In this document: piece after piece, positions 29,341-39,432 of the stretch | How positions within the stretch are numbered: position 1 is the stretch's first letter | How the letters are laid out: every line of letters begins with the position of its first letter | Origin: an uncultured virus (IMG/VR IMGVR_UViG_3300043436_000583) | Taxonomy: Duplodnaviria; Heunggongvirae; Uroviricota; Caudoviricetes | DNA: 64,000 nt | Direction: 5' to 3' (one strand) | Virus record (IMG/VR): IMGVR_UViG_3300043436_000583 | Location: 1-64,000 of that record | Notes under the pieces: model-generated | The model's input: only the letters and a program-made list of their open reading frames with translations | Databases searched by the model: none | Told to the model about the DNA's origin: nothing | Made by a program: the position numbers and the translations under genes

Positions 29341-30780
29341 TTATTTATATTTGTTTAACCAGCCACCATTTTTATCTTTAGATAATCTAGGTTCCATTCC
29401 TTTAGGAATATCTCTTGAAGCATTTGGATTACCTATAGGATTATTTAAATATGTTTCAGGATTAAAGTTTGGATTTTCTTTTTTATATTTAGGGTCATCC
29501 CACCAATTGATAGGTCCTCTTGTAACTTGTTGTGTACTAGTTGGTTTAGGAACTTCTTTATATCCTTTTAACCAATCTTGTTTGTAAAGTTTAATTCCTG
29601 AATTTTCTATAGATATTGGTACTTTAGATTGAGCCATATTTGTTGTTGGAAATGAAGATATAGGATGGTTTAATTCTTGACCTGTTAGTTCTGCCATGTA
29701 AGGTCCCTTATAACCAATTCCTCCTATAGGTTCACCAGATTTTGTAACATATCCATAATTTCTACCATCCCAAGGATGTTTCATACTAAAATAAACATCA
29801 TTAAATTCTTGAGATTTTAATCCACCTTTTCCTGGATTAGCTCTAATAGCACCACTTTCTAAAATATCTTCATATCCTTCTTTACCTAACATTCTATAAT
29901 AAGCTTCAGGATTTGCTTTGAATGCCAAAGGATTTAACTTATAAGCATTCTTTAAAGCTGTTTCTTCTGTAAGATATTTACCTGCAGCTTTAGCACCTTT
30001 ACCAACAAGCTTACTTGCTGCCAATCCACCTTCCATTATCATTGCTGCTTCTATAGCATCCTGCATATTTTCAGCACCTTGACTAGCAGCCATTCTATTT
30101 AGTGGAGCATTATCTTCAGCTATTCTTTGTAACTTCTGTTTATCAAACTTAGCTTGTTCTCCTGGTTTAGGAGTGTATTGAGACATTGTAGGTCTATTAG
30201 CATTTCTTCTAGCTATGGTTTCTTCAGCTTCTTTCTTTAGTTTTTTGTTAATATCCCCACCATCTTGAAACTTATCTAACCAACCACCTTCTTGCATCAT
30301 TGGATATTCTGTAACCTTCTCACCATCAAATTTATAATCTTGATCAGGATACATCATCTTTGTATCACCTGTATCAGATACACCAAGTACAGGATAGTCA
30401 ACTCCCTGCATAGTGATGTCATTAGAATTGATCTCTGTTATCTCACCTGGGTAAGCCCATTGACCTCTGTCATCTTTGATTACAGAGCCATTCTGAGCAC
30501 TTGCTTTTGTCTTCTTAGTATACTTACCATTAGCAGGAGCTGAGCCAGCTGTGCGTGCGTATGTGAATCCTACAGCACCTGGTAAAGCACCACCCATAGC
30601 AAATCGTCCACCCCATGCAGGAGAATAGTCCCTACCCTTGGTATTATATCCAAGTCCTACAAAGTCTGGACCTACAGATGCTTTTGCATCATTGTAGTTA
30701 CTTTGTTTGCCATAGTTATCCTTAGTCTTTTTCTTTAAGACTAAGCCACCTTGTTCATATTTGTCTAACCAATTTGCCAT
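29341..30780 (-). CDS. Probable virion cargo protein with ADP-ribosyltransferase-like C-terminal cassette
   Basis: Three WL(D/N)K(Y/F) repeats, xxxGG tags, YYR...ILESGAIR...VYFS...MAE pattern. Confidence 0.55.
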   Translation of the reverse strand: MANWLDKYEQGGLVLKKKTKDNYGKQSNYNDAKASVGPDFVGLGYNTKGRDYSPAWGGRFAMGGALPGAVGFTYARTAGSAPANGKYTKKTKASAQNGSVIKDDRGQWAYPGEITEINSNDITMQGVDYPVLGVSDTGDTKMMYPDQDYKFDGEKVTEYPMMQEGGWLDKFQDGGDINKKLKKEAEETIARRNANRPTMSQYTPKPGEQAKFDKQKLQRIAEDNAPLNRMAASQGAENMQDAIEAAMIMEGGLAASKLVGKGAKAAGKYLTEETALKNAYKLNPLAFKANPEAYYRMLGKEGYEDILESGAIRANPGKGGLKSQEFNDVYFSMKHPWDGRNYGYVTKSGEPIGGIGYKGPYMAELTGQELNHPISSFPTTNMAQSKVPISIENSGIKLYKQDWLKGYKEVPKPTSTQQVTRGPINWWDDPKYKKENPNFNPETYLNNPIGNPNASRDIPKGMEPRLSKDKNGGWLNKYK

Positions 30781-30789
30781 TACTTGTAA

Positions 30790-31656
30790 TTATTTATAAC
30801 TAATCATTGATGGTGCAACAATGAATTGAGAAACAATGTGAGCTGTAGAACTGTTATCTAAGATGTGTCTCACCTTAAGATCTTTAGCTCTTAGTGGTTC
30901 TTTCTTAAATGATCTTTTTCCATAATCCATATTCACTTGATTTACAACCTTATCTATTGATAAAGATTCACAACTTGTTGTAAATAAAGGTAATGCTTTA
31001 TTTTTAATTAATCCCCAGAAAGTATTATATTGATAGAAATTATCTGACTTAGTATAAGTGATAGTTTTACTTTCAGTATTATAGATTGGGTAGGTTAAGT
31101 ATTGTTGTAGGTTGTGCATTGGCTTTGGTACCAATTCTAACACACCTGTAGACTGTTGACTATTGTAAAGAACAGCTTTGTTAAACCATTGATTATCAAC
31201 ACTTATCTGAGCATTATCATTAAACACACCATCAACAATAGGTAAGTAGTTAAACACCTTACTGTAGTCTTTTATATTCTGAAGAATCTCATCATAGGTT
31301 TGATAAGCAAATGGATACTCTATTATGTAAGGTTCTACGTTACCATAGTATTTATTGTAGTTAACTACATCAGTTAAGTGTCTCCATAAAGAACCTGTAT
31401 TACATTCTGTGTAAGGCAATGCAGCAAGTTGTTCTATAGTGGCAGTGCCAATAGTAACTTGTAAAACTGTATGGCATTTACCTGTAGATGTTATAGTAAT
31501 TGTAGTGACAGAATTATCCACACTAACAGTATACCCATCAATAAGATTTTGTTTGGTTATATCAGTGCCCAAGACAGTCCCTAAGTTATCAGAGATATCA
31601 AAGGGTCCAGTTCTACCACCTGAACACGTTAATCTTATTATTACTGTTTTAGCCAT
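30790..31656 (-). CDS. C-terminal half of a split muzzle/tail stabilisation protein, preceded by an approximately 60-aa GPF domain
   Basis: SLWRH...YGNVEPYIIEY...FNKAVLYNSQQSTG...LRAKDLKVR resembles the C-terminus of crAss-like muzzle proteins; N-terminus paralogous to 40866..41429. Confidence 0.6.
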   Translation of the reverse strand: MAKTVIIRLTCSGGRTGPFDISDNLGTVLGTDITKQNLIDGYTVSVDNSVTTITITSTGKCHTVLQVTIGTATIEQLAALPYTECNTGSLWRHLTDVVNYNKYYGNVEPYIIEYPFAYQTYDEILQNIKDYSKVFNYLPIVDGVFNDNAQISVDNQWFNKAVLYNSQQSTGVLELVPKPMHNLQQYLTYPIYNTESKTITYTKSDNFYQYNTFWGLIKNKALPLFTTSCESLSIDKVVNQVNMDYGKRSFKKEPLRAKDLKVRHILDNSSTAHIVSQFIVAPSMISYK

Positions 31657-31666
31657 TTATTATTTT

Positions 31667-34600
31667 TTAAAGACATGGTACTCCAGCACAAGATGTTACT
31701 GGTGTTGAAAATAAACCAACTGATCCTTGAATTCTTCTATATCCATTAGCTGCACCTCCATAGTAACCAGCAGGAGCAGGTATAGTTAAAAACTGATCTA
31801 CATACATAACTGACGCATTGTCAAAATATGGAACACCATTATCATCTACCCAGAATTGAGTCACTAAGGTATATCCTGATGGTACAGGAACTATTGGAAG
31901 TTCTGAAAATATAAATGCACCAAAACTATCTACATATATTAACTTTTGTATACAACAAATACCAGTGTTAGCAGCATCTGTTTCATTATAACCAATAGCA
32001 CTTGCATCAATAGCTACATATGTAGGTGCTGGTGGTAATGTAGTAGTAGTGGTTGTAGTTAATGTTCCACATTCAGCTACACCTGTTATTTCACCATAAA
32101 ATCCTGTTACTTCATAAGTACATATTCCCAAGCTACATGGTCTAGCATAGAACCCAGCAGGAGCAGGATTTGCAACACTAGTTGTAGTATATAAATGATC
32201 TCCTAATCCAATAGGAACTTCAACTACTAATACATATACAGTTGTATGCACATTAAGTTCCCAATTATCACAAGCTTGGTTTGGATCAACTGCATTAAAA
32301 CCATATGTTAGAGTTGTCCATTCATATTGTGTTGTACTAGTACTTGTAGTAGTTGTTATATCACCACATTGACCAACTTGACTTATAATAGCTAAACTGC
32401 CTTCTAAAACATTAGGTGAATAACCATCACATAAACATGCACTTCCTGATTCACCTTCATTTAATACTGAACTTTGATTATTACCATTACAATCTGTCCA
32501 CTGTACTATTGCACCTGTTGCACCTGCTGTAAAGTCCCAATTAAAACAACCAGCCCCTGCACCAATTGATTGACAATAAGTTGTAGTGGTGGTACTAGTG
32601 GTACTAGTGGTACTTGTGCTTGTACTTGTAGTTGTACTTGTACTTGAACTTGTAGTAGTAGTAGTGGTTGGTGGTGGAACATATGTAGCTGTACCATTTA
32701 AAGCACACTCTAATGGAACTGGTGTAGTAGTAGTTGTAGTAGTTGGAGAAGCTATCTCTGTAACAGCTACTGCTGATAATTCACATCCTTCATTTAATCC
32801 AGAATAGAAGAAGTTGTTTTCTCCTATGTAGAAATTAGGTATGTACGTGTGGAAACTTACCCAAGCTTTAGTGTTTAAGTTAAATGATACAGTCCATGAC
32901 TTATTACAGAAGTATTCTACATCTGTTAGGTTTACATATCTTTTAACTGACGTATTACCAGCCACTGGTTGATTTATATAAAACTTCTGTAAAGCTTCAT
33001 CATAGTATATTTGCTTAGTAGGTTGAGGAATATAATCTAACTTAGTTATGATTATTCTTTCAAACTTGCTGTCGAATACACCATGTAAACCAAGGCCATT
33101 GAAATGATTATCTGTGTTTGCTGTAGGGAAGTATCTTAATATTTCAAATGCTAAATGGTCTGTAAAGAATCTGTTTAAACCACTACCAAATCCTGAGATG
33201 TCTATTGCTTGGGTAGCATTAGCTATCATAAATACTTGACCTCTCTTAGCATCTATTGTTATTTGTCCATTAGGTATCTTAAGTAAGAACTTGTTTTGAG
33301 ATCCTACATAACCTAAGTCAGTTTCAGCATAATCAATTGCAGGAGCTGATGTGAACAATGTAGGGTTACCTAAGAAAGCTGCCTGAGGATTACTTGTGTT
33401 CATTGTCAATAAGTTACCATAAAGCAATGACTTGTTTTCAAATCTAGCTAGGGTAGCTTTATTCTGTATACCATCTAGTGATACTAACTTACCATAGTTC
33501 TGAGGGAAGTCAAAGAAACTTATTGGACGATATATCAACCAATTGTTAATTCTATTATCAGAATAACTTTCTTGTGGATCAGAGTATATAGCTCTGAATG
33601 GGAAGTATGTAAAGCAAAGTTGCTTTATCCAGTCTGAAGGTAAATGAGAGAAAAAGTTCTCTGTGTTTTGTTTAGAGAAAGTGGTATTGTAATAGTAGGT
33701 GTTATCAAGTGCAATAGGAACTCTGCTTTCTTGGAACCAAGTATCAGGAATACCTGAGCTCACGTGTGGGTAGAAATCACCCTCTAGGTTATTAAATGCC
33801 TGACGTAAGTCTACATTAATAGAACTCTCTACATAGAAATAAGGAATACCATAAGCAAATAGATACATCTTACCATCATAGATATAGTTTTGTGAACCAG
33901 CTAATACAGTACCTGGAGCAGGAGTTGTAGAAGAGGTAGTGGTAGTTGTACTAATATTATCCACTATATAATCATTAGGACAGTCTAAATAATGAGCTTT
34001 GGTAGAAATGATATTCTTCATTAAAGTACCACCTACAAAGTAATCAGATAATTCAGATCTAGCAGAATACCAATATTGTGGATAGGCTACATTACCTAAC
34101 TCATCATAGTAAATGTCACTATCATCAGGAGCTCCCACTCTATTATCAATAAAGAAAGGAAGCTTAGTTTTGAATCCAAACTTACCAATATATGTATCAC
34201 CACCAAATATTACTTCAGTGGCTGGAAGAGAACTAAATATTCTTTGGAATCCTGTATCAATTGTTTGATAAGAATATATTTGTCCCCATTGATTATTATT
34301 AATAGCCTTTATTGAAGCATAATAAGATACAACTTTTATATCTTCTTGCTGTTCAGGAGCACTACAGTTATTTGCTTGAGAAATAGTAAATCTTGAATCA
34401 TCAGATATCTGACTTACACCTGCTATGTATAAAGAAGGAGTTTGATTAGGGAATGGTAGAGGATTTACAACTACTCCTGATCTAGCTTCAATAGTTTTAG
34501 TATATATTGAAGACTCTCTATTAAAGTTATTAAGATCATGATTATCACCTACATTCTGTACACCTGGGAATACATATTGACACTTATCAAGTTGTCTTTG

Positions 34601-37261
34601 TTTAACTCCTTGATCATTTGGAATATCTGCACTATAGTCATAGCTAGAGACAGAGTTAAATGATTGTGCAAAGTTCTTTCTACTAATACCATTTAGGTAG
34701 ATTTGTAAGTAAGTTTGATATGCTGTAAAGAATGCCACAGCACTAAATCCTCCTAGGTCAGCAATCTTCTTGCTAGAGTTTAAGGCATCTATTTGAGTTT
34801 GTCTGGTAAGAAGCTTGTACATAGAATGCTTCTGTACCTCAACAAAATGAGATCTTCCACCACCAAACAATACACTTTCTAATTTAAGAACATTACCTAA
34901 TGTAGGTTGTCCAAAAGAAGTTTCTGGTGAATTAAATACTTGTCTATATTTAGATTCAATACTACTAAATCCATCTAAGTTATTTGGAAAACAATTAATA
35001 TTTACTTTACTATTTTCCACTATAGTGAAACGATCACATCCTGATACAAATGTAGGAGCACCTATTGAATTAACTGTCACTGATGTATTAAATGGTACAG
35101 TGATAGTTTGTAAAGCTCCAGTTATAGGATCTAAATAATTAAATACAGGTGCTGAAAAAGTTACACATTTATAAGTTGAAGAGATTATATAAGTGCTAGA
35201 TGTAATGTTTGTAAATGTAGCTGCTCCTGTATTTACAACAGGAAGTGTAAGAGAACATATTTCAGTGGTAGCTGTAGTAAAATTTTGACTTGATACAGTG
35301 CCTGTATAACAATCTGTATATTGTAATGCACCATCAACTGTAGCTGTCACTTGGAAAGTATCACATTGAGACATGTAAGAATTACTCTTCTCAAGTAAGA
35401 ATGGATCTTTAGCAAGGTCATTATATGGATAGTTAGGATAGTAAAAGTTTGTACCTTCTCTATTGTACTTACCTACATTTCTCAATATACCTTTAGCAAT
35501 AATAGATTTGTTTGCACTTCTATTTCCTCTCACTATTTTAAATCCAACAATTGAAGCTTTTTCTTCAGTTGTTAAAGTAGATGTTTGAATTAAGAACGCT
35601 ACCTGTTGTACATCTATTTTTACACCTATTGGATAGATGGCATTAGAAGTTTGCATGATTGGTTCTATCTGACCACCTGAATATGTAATAGGAGGAGTCT
35701 CAAAGTAAGGAGAAACTAATACATCAGGAAATTTGTGATGTCTAATTTTCTGACCAGCAAGTTCTCCCCATACATCTACATTACAAGGATATTCTTCATC
35801 TTGAGCTTCCCAATAGGCAAATTCTCCAGATTGATATGGATATGCTTGTCCTATATTTTCAGTGCTAGAAACAGGATATGTAGTGGATACAGTGGCAGTG
35901 TTATATATCTTCCAATAAGGTTGAGGAGCTCCATCTCCTATGTAATCTGCATTAGCTGTTGTTACATCTGGCTGAGATAACTCCTGAGCATTTTTAACTC
36001 TACCAGGAATATGGAAGCCATCTGTTTGTTTACCATTATCTAATAAAAATACTATCTCAAATGCATATATCTCATCTCTTAAATATCCTCTTAGATTAGC
36101 TGTATAGAAAGGATCTGCATAGCTATTACCTGCTGGTAACTTATAAGTTTCCCATTCTAATGTTATTTTACTAGCAATTGATTGATAGTTAATTCTATCA
36201 ACAGAAGTAAGATTATCCCAAACGATATAGTCTTGCACACTTGTAACATCTTGTGCAATATCATAATAAGGGAACTTCTCTAATATGTCACCTAAACTTA
36301 AAGGTATTTGTGTTTGGTTTTGACCTGAATAAGTGGCTGTTGTTATCTTGTCTTGAATCTTAAAAGTTCCTACAAGTTCTACACTGGTACCATTATTAAT
36401 AGTCTTAATAACAGCTAAATTAAAATATTGGAAGTATCCTGTAATATCTACATTACCAATACTTAATAATATAGACTTTCCTACAGAGTATTGAAAATCA
36501 GGAGTAGTTATCTCTGTATTTGCAATAGATGTAGGATTGGTTACAGAATAATAGGATGTGTATCCATCTCCTGAAGCATTACAATATTGAACAGCAAACT
36601 GATATGTACCTGCTTGTAAATCTCCACCTACAGCTGTTCCAGTAATATCTATGCTAGGAATAGAGAAGTTAGGTTGTACTTTTAACTTATTACAGTCAAG
36701 TACAGGAGTGACAATTGGATCACAACTTGAAGAACCTACATAAGTTGAAATATAGGGAACTTGTTCAATGTTTATATATCTTCTTGGATTTAATCCATCA
36801 GTCCAATATACCTCAGTGGTACAGTTTGTAATCTTATGTACAGCCTTATGAATAGGATAGTTTATATCAAAGTTTAAGCATTCAGAGTTAGCACATACAG
36901 TGATTTCTAAATCAGGGTATTCTGTACATAGTGTATGATATTCACAATCATTGTTATCCATATATCCAATTTCACTTCCTCCTGTTTCAGGATTAGCTAA
37001 AAAGAATATGTGTTTGTTTTTCTCTTGAATGAAATGAGTTCCAATTAAATGATAGCCTTCAGGAAACTCTAAACAAGCTTCATTACTTGGCTCATTTTGA
37101 TAACTTACAGAATTAGCATCAAAGTTTTCTAATGCTCCATTTAGGGCATAAGAAAGTTTACCCTTCTGTATTTGGTTTACAGAAGAATCCATATCTAGTC
37201 CAACTCTGCCAAGATTATACTCTTGTCTTATGTTAGATATTCCTTCTTGGTTATCTGCCAT
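31667..37261 (-). CDS. Muzzle/tail stabilisation protein (P22 gp10-like), main part, with Thr/Cys-rich C-terminal extension
   Basis: GLDMD..., VYWTDGLNPRRYINI, RGYLRDEIYAF, IRHHKFPD, GGDTYI, DAKRG, WVSFHTYIP motifs; start chosen at Met18 of the called ORF (MADNQEG) to minimise overlap. Confidence 0.8.
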   Translation of the reverse strand: MADNQEGISNIRQEYNLGRVGLDMDSSVNQIQKGKLSYALNGALENFDANSVSYQNEPSNEACLEFPEGYHLIGTHFIQEKNKHIFFLANPETGGSEIGYMDNNDCEYHTLCTEYPDLEITVCANSECLNFDINYPIHKAVHKITNCTTEVYWTDGLNPRRYINIEQVPYISTYVGSSSCDPIVTPVLDCNKLKVQPNFSIPSIDITGTAVGGDLQAGTYQFAVQYCNASGDGYTSYYSVTNPTSIANTEITTPDFQYSVGKSILLSIGNVDITGYFQYFNLAVIKTINNGTSVELVGTFKIQDKITTATYSGQNQTQIPLSLGDILEKFPYYDIAQDVTSVQDYIVWDNLTSVDRINYQSIASKITLEWETYKLPAGNSYADPFYTANLRGYLRDEIYAFEIVFLLDNGKQTDGFHIPGRVKNAQELSQPDVTTANADYIGDGAPQPYWKIYNTATVSTTYPVSSTENIGQAYPYQSGEFAYWEAQDEEYPCNVDVWGELAGQKIRHHKFPDVLVSPYFETPPITYSGGQIEPIMQTSNAIYPIGVKIDVQQVAFLIQTSTLTTEEKASIVGFKIVRGNRSANKSIIAKGILRNVGKYNREGTNFYYPNYPYNDLAKDPFLLEKSNSYMSQCDTFQVTATVDGALQYTDCYTGTVSSQNFTTATTEICSLTLPVVNTGAATFTNITSSTYIISSTYKCVTFSAPVFNYLDPITGALQTITVPFNTSVTVNSIGAPTFVSGCDRFTIVENSKVNINCFPNNLDGFSSIESKYRQVFNSPETSFGQPTLGNVLKLESVLFGGGRSHFVEVQKHSMYKLLTRQTQIDALNSSKKIADLGGFSAVAFFTAYQTYLQIYLNGISRKNFAQSFNSVSSYDYSADIPNDQGVKQRQLDKCQYVFPGVQNVGDNHDLNNFNRESSIYTKTIEARSGVVVNPLPFPNQTPSLYIAGVSQISDDSRFTISQANNCSAPEQQEDIKVVSYYASIKAINNNQWGQIYSYQTIDTGFQRIFSSLPATEVIFGGDTYIGKFGFKTKLPFFIDNRVGAPDDSDIYYDELGNVAYPQYWYSARSELSDYFVGGTLMKNIISTKAHYLDCPNDYIVDNISTTTTTSSTTPAPGTVLAGSQNYIYDGKMYLFAYGIPYFYVESSINVDLRQAFNNLEGDFYPHVSSGIPDTWFQESRVPIALDNTYYYNTTFSKQNTENFFSHLPSDWIKQLCFTYFPFRAIYSDPQESYSDNRINNWLIYRPISFFDFPQNYGKLVSLDGIQNKATLARFENKSLLYGNLLTMNTSNPQAAFLGNPTLFTSAPAIDYAETDLGYVGSQNKFLLKIPNGQITIDAKRGQVFMIANATQAIDISGFGSGLNRFFTDHLAFEILRYFPTANTDNHFNGLGLHGVFDSKFERIIITKLDYIPQPTKQIYYDEALQKFYINQPVAGNTSVKRYVNLTDVEYFCNKSWTVSFNLNTKAWVSFHTYIPNFYIGENNFFYSGLNEGCELSAVAVTEIASPTTTTTTTPVPLECALNGTATYVPPPTTTTTTSSSTSTTTSTSTSTTSTTSTTTTTYCQSIGAGAGCFNWDFTAGATGAIVQWTDCNGNNQSSVLNEGESGSACLCDGYSPNVLEGSLAIISQVGQCGDITTTTSTSTTQYEWTTLTYGFNAVDPNQACDNWELNVHTTVYVLVVEVPIGLGDHLYTTTSVANPAPAGFYARPCSLGICTYEVTGFYGEITGVAECGTLTTTTTTTLPPAPTYVAIDASAIGYNETDAANTGICCIQKLIYVDSFGAFIFSELPIVPVPSGYTLVTQFWVDDNGVPYFDNASVMYVDQFLTIPAPAGYYGGAANGYRRIQGSVGLFSTPVTSCAGVPCL

Positions 37262-38207
37262 ATCTTGAGCTTCTGTTTGGTAATTCATATTGTGCAAAGC
37301 GTTGTAAATCATTTCTTACTCTTCTTTGCTTAGTCCATACATCTTGTTTCTTAATCTCAGTGTAAGCCATAATAAAGGCTTCTTCTGAAAGTTGCTTATA
37401 GTAAACTAACTTAGCTTGTATTTGGTTGAATGTCTCATCATTGATTTGGTTAGATAAGGTTTCAAAAACTTTATATTTAATAAAGGCTTCTACGTATTCT
37501 CTTATACGATAGTTATCAGGAATCAATTGATTACCTGTAGCATCATAGTCTGTAGCATAGAAAATCATATGAACAACACCACAGCTGAAGTTGGTAACAA
37601 ATTTGTTATCTCTAATATCAAAGCTATCATAACCAGCACTTCCTGGAGTGAACTCGTGCACAGGGGGTGCATTTGTATAAAACTGCCAAGCATCTGTATA
37701 GCTTACATCACATTTACCTTGGCAAGATATATTGCCTGGTTTTAATAAATACTCTTTTCTTATACCTCTAGCTATCTGTTGATTGGTTTTATATACAGCT
37801 TGGATGATATCAGGCATACACGTAGGACATCCTGTTGTACATTGTGGATTAGTACATGGTACTCCACCACTAATAACAGGAGAGACTTGTATAGTTGTTT
37901 GGCTAGCTGCCTGAGAATAGAATGAGTTAGCTGTTTGATATGGAAGCTGAGGAATCTCTGTACACATCCAAGCTTCTCTAACAGCAAAGAAGTTGTCAGG
38001 AAGTCTAGCCTCATATCCAGAAATATCTAATGTCTGTTCAGCAATGACATAACTTGATCTACCCATCTTTTGTAGACACTTGTCTAAATAGGTGGGGAAC
38101 ATTAAATCATCAACTGCTCCTGTGTCAAAGTAAGATTTTAACTCTTCTTTAACAATTGAATAGATTGGCTCAGGAGAGACAAAGTTGTATCTGTAATAGT
38201 ATGCCAT
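37251..38207 (-). CDS. Tail ring/tubular protein (crAss-like ring protein)
   Basis: ARLPDNF and GNQLIPDN motifs; immediately upstream of the muzzle gene. Confidence 0.7.
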   Translation of the reverse strand: MAYYYRYNFVSPEPIYSIVKEELKSYFDTGAVDDLMFPTYLDKCLQKMGRSSYVIAEQTLDISGYEARLPDNFFAVREAWMCTEIPQLPYQTANSFYSQAASQTTIQVSPVISGGVPCTNPQCTTGCPTCMPDIIQAVYKTNQQIARGIRKEYLLKPGNISCQGKCDVSYTDAWQFYTNAPPVHEFTPGSAGYDSFDIRDNKFVTNFSCGVVHMIFYATDYDATGNQLIPDNYRIREYVEAFIKYKVFETLSNQINDETFNQIQAKLVYYKQLSEEAFIMAYTEIKKQDVWTKQRRVRNDLQRFAQYELPNRSSRYGR

Positions 38208-38218
38208 GTTATGTTATT

Positions 38219-38695
38219 TTATTTTTTCCATTCTCTATACAAATGCTGGTATTTGTCATCTGTTTTTATGTAATGTGACAGCAATCTAGAAGTAGAACGA
38301 GAAGGTTTGAAGTACCATAAGTTGATGTTACGAATTCTTGTAGACTCTTTAAACCACATCCAACCAAAGAAGAATCCTTCTGTATGGAAGTTAAAGTTAT
38401 AAATGATCTTACCCTTTTGTTTTGTCTTTTGCCAATCAACTGGTAGGTTAACCATCTCCTTACCATCAACTGTTTTCATCTTCTTTCTCTTCTTTTTATT
38501 GATAGAGAATTCACCAAAGCCAAAAGGAAGTCTTGCTTTCTCTCCTGTTTCTAGAATGTAGTTTTTGAAATGTTCATTATATTGATATATAATGTTTCTC
38601 CACTCATCAAATGTAACTTTTATGGTGGGATTTTTTCTGCAGAAATTGTTGTAGTTTTCTTTACTGGAGCTTCTCCAGTCAATCTTGGTTCGCAT
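38219..38695 (-). CDS. HU/IHF-like basic DNA-binding protein (crAss-like)
   Basis: ILETGEKARLPFGFGEFSINKKK matches the HU/IHF signature; lies between ring genes as in crAss-like phages. Confidence 0.7.
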   Translation of the reverse strand: MRTKIDWRSSSKENYNNFCRKNPTIKVTFDEWRNIIYQYNEHFKNYILETGEKARLPFGFGEFSINKKKRKKMKTVDGKEMVNLPVDWQKTKQKGKIIYNFNFHTEGFFFGWMWFKESTRIRNINLWYFKPSRSTSRLLSHYIKTDDKYQHLYREWKK

Positions 38696-39432
38696 TAACT
38701 AGTTGGTTTAGCATTAGGAGCCTGACCATCTATACCATCAAATGTCATGTCAGTCTTAATGCTAAAGTAAGTAGATAATAGTTTTTGAGAAGTTAACTCT
38801 AATACTTGCTTTTCTAAATAACCAGGACATCCAAACTCCTTATCCAATGGATTCATACAGTATTCTTCATCGCTCACTGTAGGAGTTGGGCCACATGCAC
38901 AGTCTGATGGGTATAGTATCTCATTAGGAACATCTTCTTCAAAGAATGCAGAAATTCTCACTGAGTGCAAATTAGGATTATTAATGTATAAATATCCTCC
39001 ATTTGCTATCCAGTAATATTGTTCAGCTCTAATGATAGGTAGCTTTAATAAATTTAAGTATCTGTTAATTGTAATCTCTTTAAATCTTTTTCCTTTACCA
39101 CCCATAGCGTTGATAGAATAAACACCTTGTATTAGATATTGATAGTTTCCTTCACTGATGCGAGGAAGTTTGAATCTGCTTCTTGCCACTTGACAAGGAT
39201 CAACATACTCACAGCAATCAGAAATAGGAACCTCTATCATCTCTAAACAAGGAAGCGTTTGGAATACAGTGTCTGTAGCCCAAAGCTTTCTGAGATTTGT
39301 TTCTCTCTTTACTAGTAAAAATGTATTGTTTCTAACCTCAGACGCAACAACCCTATCAGTGATAAGGTTATCTGTTGTTAATAGTTTGTGCATTGCACGA
39401 ACATCTGAGACCATTTTTCTTAATGTAGCCAT
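38695..39432 (-). CDS. Tail ring/tubular protein
   Basis: FQTLPCLEMIEV...YLYI...FE...D pattern and synteny. Confidence 0.65.
   Translation of the reverse strand: MATLRKMVSDVRAMHKLLTTDNLITDRVVASEVRNNTFLLVKRETNLRKLWATDTVFQTLPCLEMIEVPISDCCEYVDPCQVARSRFKLPRISEGNYQYLIQGVYSINAMGGKGKRFKEITINRYLNLLKLPIIRAEQYYWIANGGYLYINNPNLHSVRISAFFEEDVPNEILYPSDCACGPTPTVSDEEYCMNPLDKEFGCPGYLEKQVLELTSQKLLSTYFSIKTDMTFDGIDGQAPNAKPTS

Noticed and set aside
31650..31680. Programmed readthrough or +1 frameshift at CTT-TAA fusing the two muzzle ORFs
   Set aside because: The gap is 10 nt, so readthrough is out of frame, and the +1 frame reads TTT AAA AAA TAA TAA before the ATG
37262..37312. Upstream start of the 1881-aa ORF as given in the track
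   Set aside because: It overlaps the preceding gene by about 60 nt; Met18 (37261) is more plausible
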